From: an uncultured Clostridia bacterium
GTDB lineage: Bacteria > Bacillota > Clostridia > TANB77 > CAG-508
Direction: 5' to 3'
NCBI GenBank assembly: GCA_934177795.1
Contig: CAKPPS010000002.1
Location: forward strand, 19,607-83,606
Length of the DNA stretch: 64,000 nt
Positions within the stretch are counted from its first letter, which is position 1. Each line of letters opens with the position of its first letter. The notes under the pieces were generated by a model. That model was not told where the DNA came from, made no database searches, and saw only the letters and a list, made by a program, of their open reading frames with translations. Below, piece after piece: positions 1 to 8,082 of the stretch. The position numbers were made by a program, and so were the translations under genes.

Positions 1-493
1 CTCCTCCATAATCCTCTAAATATTCTATAATTTGAACTGTATATTCATCATCATTTTTTTCTATATTATTTAATAAAAATACATCTTCTTTATTATCTAG
101 TCCCGTACCTACTGGAATATATTTATCGCTTGTTTCATCATATTGCATATATTTATATCCTTCTTTCGGAAATTCTTTTTTAAAATTTTCTCCAAATATT
201 TGTTGTGCCATATTTTCAATTTGGTCATAAGATAATTCATAGTCTTCTATATTTTTTTTAACTACTTCCCATACCCATAAATCTGGTGCATCATTTATAT
301 CATCAAATGTTGGTAATGCTTGTTCTGTTACTTCTCTCCACATATATATTTTTTGTATATATGTTTCTATTTGGTTGACTTCAGTAGCACTAATTGTATG
401 TCTTCTATTTTCTTCAATTTTATTTTTTCTATATGCATACATTCCAACAAATATACTTAATAATATTAATATTATAACAATAAACTTTTTCAT
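1..493 (-). CDS. hypothetical membrane-anchored protein; C-terminus runs off the left edge of the window
   Basis: Minus-strand frame is open from ATG at 491-493 (AGGAG 7 nt upstream) to position 1. N-terminus MKKFIVIILILLSIFVGMYAY looks like a single TM or signal anchor. Absent from the ORF track because it is truncated. Confidence 0.55.
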   Translation of the reverse strand, partial: MKKFIVIILILLSIFVGMYAYRKNKIEENRRHTISATEVNQIETYIQKIYMWREVTEQALPTFDDINDAPDLWVWEVVKKNIEDYELSYDQIENMAQQIFGENFKKEFPKEGYKYMQYDETSDKYIPVGTGLDNKEDVFLLNNIEKNDDEYTVQIIEYLEDYGG

Positions 494-660
494 CTATTAA
501 CTCCTAGTGTTTTTTATTTATTATATCCTATATTTCAAATTTTTCCATACTTTAAATAATTTTTTTATATTTTTTTGCATTTGCGACACGTTTCGACATT
601 TTTTTGTTTATATTTTTGCTATAATCCCATTTATATATTTACAGCGAAGGAGGTATGGTT

Positions 661-837
661 ATGAATGTTATAAAATCAATTGATAAAGATGATAGACTTG
701 TAGGAAATGTTGTAGGTCAAATTACAATTTCTATTTTTAATAGTGAATACAAAGGTCATCCTAATTTTTTAATTCAATCAGATCACGCTGTATCTGAAAT
801 AGCTGATGTTATTGAAGATGTTCTTCATCGTTATTAA
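661..837 (+). CDS. small hypothetical protein (58 aa)
   Basis: GAAGGAGG lies 8 nt upstream of ATG 661; the track start at 655 is too close to the SD. Extended -10 TGcTATAAT at 617-625. Hairpin at 847-876 downstream. No recognisable domain. Confidence 0.5.
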   Translation: MNVIKSIDKDDRLVGNVVGQITISIFNSEYKGHPNFLIQSDHAVSEIADVIEDVLHRY

Positions 838-965
838 AATATTCGTAAATAAAAGTATAGTCATGTACTTTTATTTATGAAGCAATTTCTTTATAAAATT
901 TATAGTTATGTTTTAAACATTATTTTGAAAATTTTATGATATTTACATAATTTTATTGTTTTGTC

Positions 966-999
966 TTGAATTTTTTTACAAAAAATGGTAAAATATAAT
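966..999 (+). promoter_or_regulatory. sigma-A-type promoter for ORF 1038-1301
   Basis: TTGAAT (966-971), 17-nt spacer, extended -10 TGgTAAAAT (986-994). Confidence 0.5.
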
Positions 1000-1037
1000 T
1001 GTACAAAAAATATTTTTTATATATGGAGGGTCTGAAA

Positions 1038-1301
1038 ATGACAACAACAGTAAAATTTCATCAAGTAGAACTAGTTGGGAGAGATATCTACTCAGCAGGT
1101 ACAGGCCACCGGCTTGGAGAAATTGTTTCTCCAATTAGAGGCACCTCAATTTTGGCCAGACTAACAGATTATACTACAGCAAAAATTGAATATGGTGTCT
1201 TAAGAGAAGGAAATTTACGAAAAGTTTCCTTCAACAACAAGGAGGATTGGTTATCAATCCATTCTACAAAAAACATGCCAGAATATTATCTGGCAGTATA
1301 A
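1038..1301 (+). CDS. small hypothetical protein (87 aa)
   Basis: GGAGGG lies 7 nt upstream of ATG 1038; the track start at 999 has no SD. Codon usage is visibly GC-richer than the surroundings. Own promoter and terminator. Confidence 0.6.
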   Translation: MTTTVKFHQVELVGRDIYSAGTGHRLGEIVSPIRGTSILARLTDYTTAKIEYGVLREGNLRKVSFNNKEDWLSIHSTKNMPEYYLAV

Positions 1302-1304
1302 TCT

Positions 1305-1350
1305 AAAACCGGCTCCCCTAATCATTAAAATTAGGGGAGTTTGGTTTTTT
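1305..1350. terminator. bidirectional intrinsic terminator between convergent genes
   Basis: Stem CTCCCCTAAT (1313-1322) / ATTAGGGGAG (1330-1339), flanked by an A-run upstream and TTTGGTTTTTT downstream. Confidence 0.7.
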
Positions 1351-2695
1351 AAACTTTATTACAATATTTCAAACTAATCCATCCACTTGGTATTAATCCA
1401 AATCCATTTTGAATTTTAGTTACTGTTACTACTACTCCACGTTTTAATCCATTCGCATAATAATTTCCTAATATTTTATTTTGATTTCTTGCATTTGCTG
1501 TTAATTGTGTATATCTTTTTATTTTATAATTTGTTCCTGGTCCTGTTCTTACATTTAATAAATTTGCATTTATTTTATATTTTCCTATAGAATTTGGTAC
1601 ATTATTTTTCTCTTGAGTATTATTCAAACTTCCTAGATAATTACTGTATACCCACTGTCCATTTCCTATTCTACTCCAGCCATTATTAGTCTCATATACT
1701 AACACCTTTGTTCCTTTGGCTAATATACCTATTTTATCTCCATTTGCTTTATTTCTTATATTTAAACCTATATTTGCAGTTACATATCTTATATATGGTT
1801 GTATTGTAACAGGTTGATTATTTTCTACCTTTTTTCCTTCATTTGTATAGCAAAAAAATCTTTTCGTATTTGCATATTTTATAAAATTTTCTATACTTAT
1901 ATATACTTTATTTCCATTTACTTCTACTTTTCCTCTCCTTGTGGAAGTATCAAATTTGCCTGAATACAAATATGGATCATATATTTCTATTATTCCGTTC
2001 TCTAATTTTGTTAAAACGACAAAATGTCCTCCAGTAGTAAACAATCCATTGCCACAGCTAGCTACTATATAGTTGTTTTTATTTAACAATTCCAATGCCT
2101 TTTCAACATTACTTGTTTCTTGATATTTTATATCAAAAGTATCTGCAACAAACCTAAAGGCACTCCAGTATGTCCCTTGGTCTTTACTGCGATATCCATA
2201 TTTTAAAAATAGGTCAGCCATTTCTGGAGGTGTTATTGTTCCTTTTACCGCTGTTACTATCATAGCTGCTGCTGTTGGACCACATCCGCTTGTGCCTATA
2301 GTCTGTGATTTATTATTAATAGCTGAGTACATTTGGCTTTTCCATCTATTATCTATTTGTGAATAATATGTTAATCCCTTATAACTTCCTATTGTAACAT
2401 TTGGATATTCAATTGTTCCATTATATGCTATTTCTCCTTGTTCTTCAAAAACTTCTCCCTCTACTGCTTGCTCTTTTGCAATACTCTCCTCATCTTGTTC
2501 ATTTTGTACTTCTATTGTTTTAGAAGGTAATTCTTCTATTTCTTTATTACTCATACTGTATGTAGTTATTTTTTCTTTTATCTCTTCTGTCTCTATATTT
2601 TCATTCGTATTGTTATTTTTATTATTAAGACATAAATATGTAAATATTATCAGGATTATTAATAAGCTTAATATTTTTAACCTTTTAGATTTCAT
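1349..2695 (-). CDS. secreted C39-like cysteine peptidase domain protein with two C-terminal SH3b domains (putative cell-wall-binding hydrolase)
   Basis: GAAGGAGGG SD before ATG 2695, then signal anchor MKSKRLKILSLLIILIIF. Motif GTSGCGPTAAAMIV plus GGHFVVL resembles the Cys/His of the Peptidase_C39_2 family. The two repeats (GLNIRNKANGDKIG...GWSRI and LLNVRTGPGTNYK...GWISL) resemble SH3b. Confidence 0.75.
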   Translation of the reverse strand: MKSKRLKILSLLIILIIFTYLCLNNKNNNTNENIETEEIKEKITTYSMSNKEIEELPSKTIEVQNEQDEESIAKEQAVEGEVFEEQGEIAYNGTIEYPNVTIGSYKGLTYYSQIDNRWKSQMYSAINNKSQTIGTSGCGPTAAAMIVTAVKGTITPPEMADLFLKYGYRSKDQGTYWSAFRFVADTFDIKYQETSNVEKALELLNKNNYIVASCGNGLFTTGGHFVVLTKLENGIIEIYDPYLYSGKFDTSTRRGKVEVNGNKVYISIENFIKYANTKRFFCYTNEGKKVENNQPVTIQPYIRYVTANIGLNIRNKANGDKIGILAKGTKVLVYETNNGWSRIGNGQWVYSNYLGSLNNTQEKNNVPNSIGKYKINANLLNVRTGPGTNYKIKRYTQLTANARNQNKILGNYYANGLKRGVVVTVTKIQNGFGLIPSGWISLKYCNKV

Positions 2696-2814
2696 TTGCC
2701 CTCCTTCATAATATGTATTTACTTCATATATATTTTGCAAATTTTATATTATGACTTTTATTTAAATTTATTCTTTATTATTCATCAGATTGTTCTGGCT
2801 TACAACTTACAAAT

Positions 2815-2843
2815 TTGCAGGTTTTATGTAAATGTGGTATAAT
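2815..2843 (+). promoter_or_regulatory. sigma-A-type promoter for ORF 2894-3214
   Basis: TTGCAG (2815-2820), 17-nt spacer, extended -10 TGgTATAAT (2835-2843). Confidence 0.55.
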
Positions 2844-2893
2844 TAAGGTAACTTGAAAATTCATTTTGTAAAATAAATAAGGAGGTCATAATT

Positions 2894-3214
2894 ATGACTT
2901 ATGTAATGTGCACTTTAAAAAAAGCTTTAATAGGAACAAAATTAACTCCATTCAAGGTTTATTCTGTTTTCTTAGAAAATCAAGGCCATTATATTTTATC
3001 TGGTGGTATTTCTCCACAACCCAAGGAATTCTTTCAGGAAGTTCCAGAAGTACGGTCGGTTCAGAAACCTATAATAGGTAGCTGTATAATTATCATTGCA
3101 GAAAATGGCCAAGCCTATAGAGCTTCTGAAATCCAGGGATTTAAATGGATCAAATCAGACAAATATGTTCTGTATACTGTTAATTCAGTATATGTTGTAA
3201 CATATATTGGATAA
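2894..3214 (+). CDS. small hypothetical protein (106 aa); weak paralog of 3342-3650
   Basis: AAGGAGG SD 9 nt upstream. Own promoter and terminator. Colinear by-eye similarity to the next small ORF (L.PF.vY near the N-terminus, V.YIG at the C-terminus). Confidence 0.6.
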   Translation: MTYVMCTLKKALIGTKLTPFKVYSVFLENQGHYILSGGISPQPKEFFQEVPEVRSVQKPIIGSCIIIIAENGQAYRASEIQGFKWIKSDKYVLYTVNSVYVVTYIG

Positions 3215-3221
3215 ACCTTTA

Positions 3222-3256
3222 CCTCTCAGATAATTCTGGGAGGTTTTATTTTTTAT
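3222..3256 (+). terminator. intrinsic terminator
   Basis: Stem CCTCTCAGA (3222-3230) / TCTGGGAGG (3235-3243) followed by TTTTATTTTTT. Confidence 0.65.
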
Positions 3257-3268
3257 ATTTAAAAAAGC

Positions 3269-3297
3269 TTGCATACTTTATGTGAACATGATATAAT
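3269..3297 (+). promoter_or_regulatory. sigma-A-type promoter for operon 3342-4332
   Basis: TTGCAT (3269-3274), 17-nt spacer, extended -10 TGaTATAAT (3289-3297). Confidence 0.55.
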
Positions 3298-3341
3298 TTT
3301 TACTGTAAATATAAATAGTACTTAAAAAGGAGGACATAACT

Positions 3342-3650
3342 ATGTTAGCTTATTTAAAAACTCGGGAAGGTAAATTAGGACTATTGCCATTCACACTTTA
3401 CAATGCTGATGAAGGAAAAACATCAATTTTTATAGATGGAAAACCTTATCCTAAAAACATTGTAAAATTCAACGAAAAAGTGTGGACTGAGGATTTTCCT
3501 CATGTCAATCAGACTATTCAATTACATTTTTCAAATAGAATTACCAAAAATTCTGGTATTATTCAAAAAGTCGTTCATGCTACTGAACAATTTTGGTTCA
3601 TTGAAACTGTAACAGATGGCATTATTTTAGTGCAGTACATAGGAGAATAA
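3342..3650 (+). CDS. small hypothetical protein (102 aa); weak paralog of 2894-3214
   Basis: AAAGGAGG SD. Ends ...LVQYIGE, compared with ...VVTYIG in the neighbour. Followed 4 nt later by the next CDS. Confidence 0.6.
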   Translation: MLAYLKTREGKLGLLPFTLYNADEGKTSIFIDGKPYPKNIVKFNEKVWTEDFPHVNQTIQLHFSNRITKNSGIIQKVVHATEQFWFIETVTDGIILVQYIGE

Positions 3651-3654
3651 TTTT

Positions 3655-4332
3655 ATGAATACCAAACTTTCATTTCCAAAATTTTCTCAATATCCATATT
3701 ATGAGAGAATAGAAAAAGCGCTTGCATCAAGTATCAATTCTATTTATATTGATGTTGATGTAGCTGCTGACGTAAATATTGATGATGTTTGTGTAAATGT
3801 ATTAACTCACAAACAAAATTACATTGAGATATTTATAGCTGATAACAACTTTAAGAATATTGCTTTTTTGGTGGATCAGTCTGGTAAGGAATTATCAATA
3901 AGAATTCTTTTAGAAAATGGAAATTCAGTAATTGATACTCCTATTGCTATTAATGTGGTGGTCCCTAAAAAGATTTTTACAACATTATCTATTAGTAGTA
4001 GAATTGCAAACATTTTCATTGATGAATTTGTTTATGCAAAAAAAATTAATATTGAAGGAAAATCTTGCAGTGTTTTATCACTAGCTAATTTTTCTAACTT
4101 ATATATTAATACTATTGATGGTAATATTAGAATTGAAACCAAGCTGGTTACTAATACACTAGTAAATATTAGTAGTGAAAATGCTGATATTTATGCACAT
4201 ATCAAAAATATTAGAACTTTTAAGGTTTTACTTTTTAATTTTCCCAAGGTTAAAAATTCGTCTCTTTTAGGAGGTGATTACTCCATCTCTGGAAGTATTT
4301 CTTCTAGAAATGGATTTGTAAAGTTTTGTTAA
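3655..4332 (+). CDS. hypothetical protein, possibly DUF4097-like repetitive beta-structure protein
   Basis: AGGAGA SD. Probably translationally linked to 3342-3650. Repeated short segments (IDGNIRIE, SSENADIYAHI, ISGSISSRNG) resemble the DUF4097 putative-adhesin pattern, by eye only. Confidence 0.55.
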   Translation: MNTKLSFPKFSQYPYYERIEKALASSINSIYIDVDVAADVNIDDVCVNVLTHKQNYIEIFIADNNFKNIAFLVDQSGKELSIRILLENGNSVIDTPIAINVVVPKKIFTTLSISSRIANIFIDEFVYAKKINIEGKSCSVLSLANFSNLYINTIDGNIRIETKLVTNTLVNISSENADIYAHIKNIRTFKVLLFNFPKVKNSSLLGGDYSISGSISSRNGFVKFC

Positions 4333-4334
4333 TA

Positions 4335-4375
4335 AAAAATCATGTCTTTCTATTTCTAGTTAGACATGATTTTTT
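4335..4375. terminator. bidirectional intrinsic terminator
   Basis: Stem AAAAAATCATGTCT (4335-4348) / AGACATGATTTTTT (4362-4375), between convergent genes. Confidence 0.7.
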
Positions 4376-4386
4376 AGTTATATATA

Positions 4387-5310
4387 TTATATCGGTTCTG
4401 TACTGTACCAATAATAATTTCCATTTACATCTTTTTTGAAAATATGTTTATACTCTTTCATATTATTTTGATATTTTGAAACTAAATTATCAGAAGTTTG
4501 TTTAATAGTATTTTCATTCTCTTGTTGCATAATTTGTTTCACATCAACCTTTGAATCAATAACATCCGTTTGTTCAGATGATTTGTATAATATATTAGTA
4601 TTTTCTTCACCATTTTGAATTAAAACCATATATTTATCTTTAATACATATAGTATCATTTTCTTGATATGCTGTCATAATTTTTCTTATATTAGTCAATG
4701 ATCCTGCTGAAGTTCCCCCAATTGAATGTGTATATTTTTCATTTGCATAATTGCATTCTTCACCATATCCAATATCAAAAGATTCATTTTTTATTACTGT
4801 TCCATACATTTGCTTAGCTTTGTTTTGCAATAATGATGCTTTAAATGAATACCATTCAGTATCTGATTCCATTCCATCAATCTTTTCTTTTTCAGAACTA
4901 GCTAATTTAAAATTAGAAAAAGCATAGCCTAATAAGTATTTATTTGAAAGTGAATCTTTTGTCACTTTCTTATTTTGATAAGCATTCACTTCAATTTTAT
5001 TAGTATTCATAGCTGGTATATATTTATATAATAATTGTATTTGCTCAGAATTTATATCAAGTTTTATATCTTTTTCTGTTGAATTTTTTATTTCATTTAC
5101 ACTTTCAGTTTCATTTACAACGGTATTAATGTTATTAACATTTTCCTGTGTATTATTTATTTCTGCATTTAATTCTTCTATTTTACTATTTGCTTGCTTT
5201 TGTTCATTATCAAGATTATATATAAACACTCCCATTATTCCTATAATAAGTATTGCTATAATCAAAAAAAATGTTGATAAACTTATTGTTATATCCTTTT
5301 TTTCATTCAT
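4387..5310 (-). CDS. membrane-anchored hypothetical protein with coiled-coil linker
   Basis: AAGGGGA SD. One N-terminal TM (LSTFFLIIAILIIGIMGVFIY), then a Q/N/E-rich coiled segment and a globular C-terminal part. Confidence 0.65.
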   Translation of the reverse strand: MNEKKDITISLSTFFLIIAILIIGIMGVFIYNLDNEQKQANSKIEELNAEINNTQENVNNINTVVNETESVNEIKNSTEKDIKLDINSEQIQLLYKYIPAMNTNKIEVNAYQNKKVTKDSLSNKYLLGYAFSNFKLASSEKEKIDGMESDTEWYSFKASLLQNKAKQMYGTVIKNESFDIGYGEECNYANEKYTHSIGGTSAGSLTNIRKIMTAYQENDTICIKDKYMVLIQNGEENTNILYKSSEQTDVIDSKVDVKQIMQQENENTIKQTSDNLVSKYQNNMKEYKHIFKKDVNGNYYWYSTEPI

Positions 5311-5983
5311 TATTTTTTTCCCCTTTTCTTTTGTATTTAGATAATGTTTTTATTGACTTCATTATGTCCTATTTGAATACATATTATCCGTTTCTATTAT
5401 ACATTTTTAATTATTTTTTTGCAACTATCACATCAACTCATTTTTACTTTCTCTCACTATAGTTAAATACAGTTTTATACCATCCATTTTCAATAATTTG
5501 ATTGGCATTAGTTTTATTCTACTACACCATCTGTTACTACTTTTTGAGCACCATAAGCATATATCTTTATTTCATAAAAACCTTTCAAAGTTTAATTATA
5601 CTTATATTCTATATATTCTTTTGCACATTTTTTATATACATATTATTTTTTGAACTTGCAATAGTAACCGTTGTCACTATTGCCTTATTTGTAGCTTTAA
5701 TTGTTACAGTAAGAAAATTAGACAATGAAAAAAACACATCTCTGTTGAACCGTTAGAGATGTATTTTTAAATTTAAAATAATAATCGAACGATACGCCAC
5801 ATCTAAAGTGGTATCTCATCTTTCTATAATTATTAGATTTAAAATATATGAAAAAGTCAAATAATTTTCAAAAATTTTTGTAACATTTATTTAAAAATAT
5901 ATATTAATATAAGAAAAGAATAGGTACATATTTTATTAATTGTCATGATTTGATAATAAAATTAATATAACCCACAAAGAAAA

Positions 5984-6241
5984 TTGACTCAAAGATACAC
6001 TAGACTTTTAATAAATGAAATCGGATATTTACCTATAGATAAAAACAGAACTAATTTATTATTTCAAGTATGAAAAAAACTAGTATTTCTACCAGTTTTT
6101 TACTTTTATATAGGTATGTACAATATAAAACCACCTATACAACATATTGAAATTCGTACAACTTCAGTTTGGTGCGTTAGCGGAGGACGTATTCGAAAAA
6201 CCTCACTCACAAAAGCACCTTATTATCCGTTTCAAAATTAG
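5984..6241 (+). pseudogene. degraded IS21-family IstB/DnaC-like ATPase fragment
   Basis: Three short out-of-frame pieces read RLLINEIGYLPIDKNRTNLLFQV*, KKTSISTS and HIEIRTTS. They resemble the IstB Walker-B region (LLIIDE-GYLP...LLFQ) and C-terminal segments. Locally higher GC. No intact ORF. Confidence 0.35.
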
Positions 6242-6355
6242 TTATAGCGATGGTTTGAAAAGAATGTATATACAAATGTGAGTTTTTTCACCATAACTAT
6301 GTTCTTAATTTAACACAATTTTTTATTTTTTGCAAGATTAAAGTTAATATTTTCA

Positions 6356-8026
6356 TTAGCTAATATTCTTGTAAAATCTATTATATTCTTCATTATATTT
6401 TTCATTTCGAGAATCATATTTTAATGCTTTTTCAATATCTGCTTTTGCTTGTTTGAAATTTGACAATCTATAATAAGCTACACTTCTATTATAATAGGCA
6501 AATGGATTATTCTCTTCCATTGATATTGATTTATCAAACTCTTTTATTGCATCATTTAATTTATTTAAAAAAACATAGTTTATGCCCTTGTTTGCATAAA
6601 TTTGTGAATTGTATCCTATTTTATCCTGTAAAACTTCTAGGTCTTTTAAAGCTAAGTTGTATTTTCCAATTCTACAATAGCAATTTGATCTAGAAGATAA
6701 AGAATCACATTCTTTTATTTCATTATTAATGCAATATGTATATTTTTCAATGGCTTCAAAATATTTTTTTTGAATTTCAAGAATTTTTCCTATATAATAT
6801 ATTCCTATTCTATTTAATTCGTCATCATCCAATTCATTATCCACTTCTTTTAATGCTTCCTTATATTTTCCTTCTAAAATAAGTGAATTTATTCTATTTT
6901 CAAAATATAACACCTTTTTATATGGTTTTTCTAAATTTTCAAGATATTTAAAAATTTCTTCATTAGCATTATATATTTCTATTTTTCCATTATTATATTC
7001 TACATCTATATTATATTTATCTTTTATACATTTTTTTATATGTGTTAATAATTCTTCTTTTTCATCATTGCCCATTTTTTGAGGTATTGTATTAGAAGAA
7101 ACTTGTACTATTATATTTAATAATCTTTCTAAATTCATTTCTTCAAAAGATTCCAACATAGGTTTTGGTAGAGTAAAAATAATACTATTCTTTCCTGTTT
7201 TTTCTATTAATAAATCTTGAAAATAGTAATCATATATTTCTGTAATATCCTCAATATTTCCAATATCTATTGTATTATTATTATCTTTCATATATTTCAT
7301 AAATTTATCATTTGAGCTATTAATTATGATTCTTATTTCACTCTGTTGAGAATAATAATTATCTTTTAAAAGTAATTCTTTTGGATATGGTATAGCAGAA
7401 ATTGAAATAACTTTTTTATCGATATACTCAACTGGCGAAATAATTATTTCATCTTCGCTTAGTCCAATTTTCTTTAAGGCATCTCTTACTCTTTCAAATA
7501 ATTTATGAGGATTATTAATAAACATAACAACAGGTTTCTCATTATCCTCTATAGATTCGTAGTCTAATTCTGTGATATTGTTAGAAAAATCCGTAAAATA
7601 ACTATTTTCTACTCTAGATATATAATGTGCCTTTCCATCCTTTTCAATATTTTTTTGTGTGAAACTATTATCTTTTAACCCATAAAAACATATAGAATAT
7701 AATTCTTCTATCTTTTTCCTTCTAAAATATACAAATCCATTTTCATAAAAATGCGTTAGATTGCTATCTTTTTTTAACTTTTTTATAAAATTAGAATTAT
7801 CATTCTCCTTTGCTGAAAGAAATGTCCCTTCTAAAACATCTCCTTGTCCTTTATTGCCATCCTTTTCAATTTGTATCCAATTTTTAGGTTGATTAAAGAA
7901 AATCTTTCCTTTTACAAATGATTCTGTATATTTTCGTTTTGTACATCTAAACAATAATATTGTTGAAAAATTAAAATTGAATACATTTCTAGGCTTGACA
8001 TATGGTGTTATATCTATATAATCCAT
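6356..8026 (-). CDS. protein with uncharacterised ~330-aa N-terminal domain and C-terminal TPR repeats
   Basis: AGGAAGGGA SD before ATG 8026; the track start at 8068 is a GTG inside a palindrome. The C-terminal ~200 aa show repeated A/Y/L TPR-like 34-mers (YYIGKILEIQKKYFEAIEKY, NRSVAYYRLSNFKQAKADIEKALKYD). No Walker A motif seen. Confidence 0.75.
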   Translation of the reverse strand: MDYIDITPYVKPRNVFNFNFSTILLFRCTKRKYTESFVKGKIFFNQPKNWIQIEKDGNKGQGDVLEGTFLSAKENDNSNFIKKLKKDSNLTHFYENGFVYFRRKKIEELYSICFYGLKDNSFTQKNIEKDGKAHYISRVENSYFTDFSNNITELDYESIEDNEKPVVMFINNPHKLFERVRDALKKIGLSEDEIIISPVEYIDKKVISISAIPYPKELLLKDNYYSQQSEIRIIINSSNDKFMKYMKDNNNTIDIGNIEDITEIYDYYFQDLLIEKTGKNSIIFTLPKPMLESFEEMNLERLLNIIVQVSSNTIPQKMGNDEKEELLTHIKKCIKDKYNIDVEYNNGKIEIYNANEEIFKYLENLEKPYKKVLYFENRINSLILEGKYKEALKEVDNELDDDELNRIGIYYIGKILEIQKKYFEAIEKYTYCINNEIKECDSLSSRSNCYCRIGKYNLALKDLEVLQDKIGYNSQIYANKGINYVFLNKLNDAIKEFDKSISMEENNPFAYYNRSVAYYRLSNFKQAKADIEKALKYDSRNEKYNEEYNRFYKNIS

Positions 8027-8060
8027 AATTTTATCCCTTCCTTTAACACTATACCTTACT

Positions 8061-8079
8061 GGTTCCACACTGTGGAACC
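8061..8079. repeat. 19-bp perfect palindrome GGTTCCACA-C-TGTGGAACC, copy 1 (intergenic)
   Basis: Read directly from the sequence. Lies in the 56-nt gap between the DUF1016 stop and the TPR-protein start. GC-rich relative to its context. Confidence 0.9.
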
Positions 8080-8082
8080 ACT

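Noticed and set aside
5129-5756. Three overlapping T-rich plus-strand ORFs (5129-5344, 5271-5462, 5502-5756). The last was considered as a type I toxin-like hydrophobic peptide, because a hairpin (ACATCTCT/AGAGATGT, about 5737-5763) overlaps its end.
   Set aside because: The products are extremely low-complexity F/I/L/Y translations. The first is antisense to a good CDS. The last starts at TTG with no in-frame ATG and no SD. There is no support beyond the hairpin.
6181-6205. tRNA T-arm-like string GGAGGACGTATTCGAAAAACCTC, considered as a tRNA fragment or att-site copy of the tRNA-Tyr 3' end
   Set aside because: It does not match the tRNA-Tyr or CAU-tRNA T-arm sequence, and no acceptor stem is present. 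It is better explained as part of the IstB-like coding remnant.
8058-8081. The intergenic palindrome as an intrinsic terminator or attenuator between the nuclease and TPR genes
   Set aside because: On the minus strand the hairpin is followed by GTAAGGTATAG, with no U-run. The 1-nt centre also makes a poor loop. A protein-binding or recombination role is more plausible.
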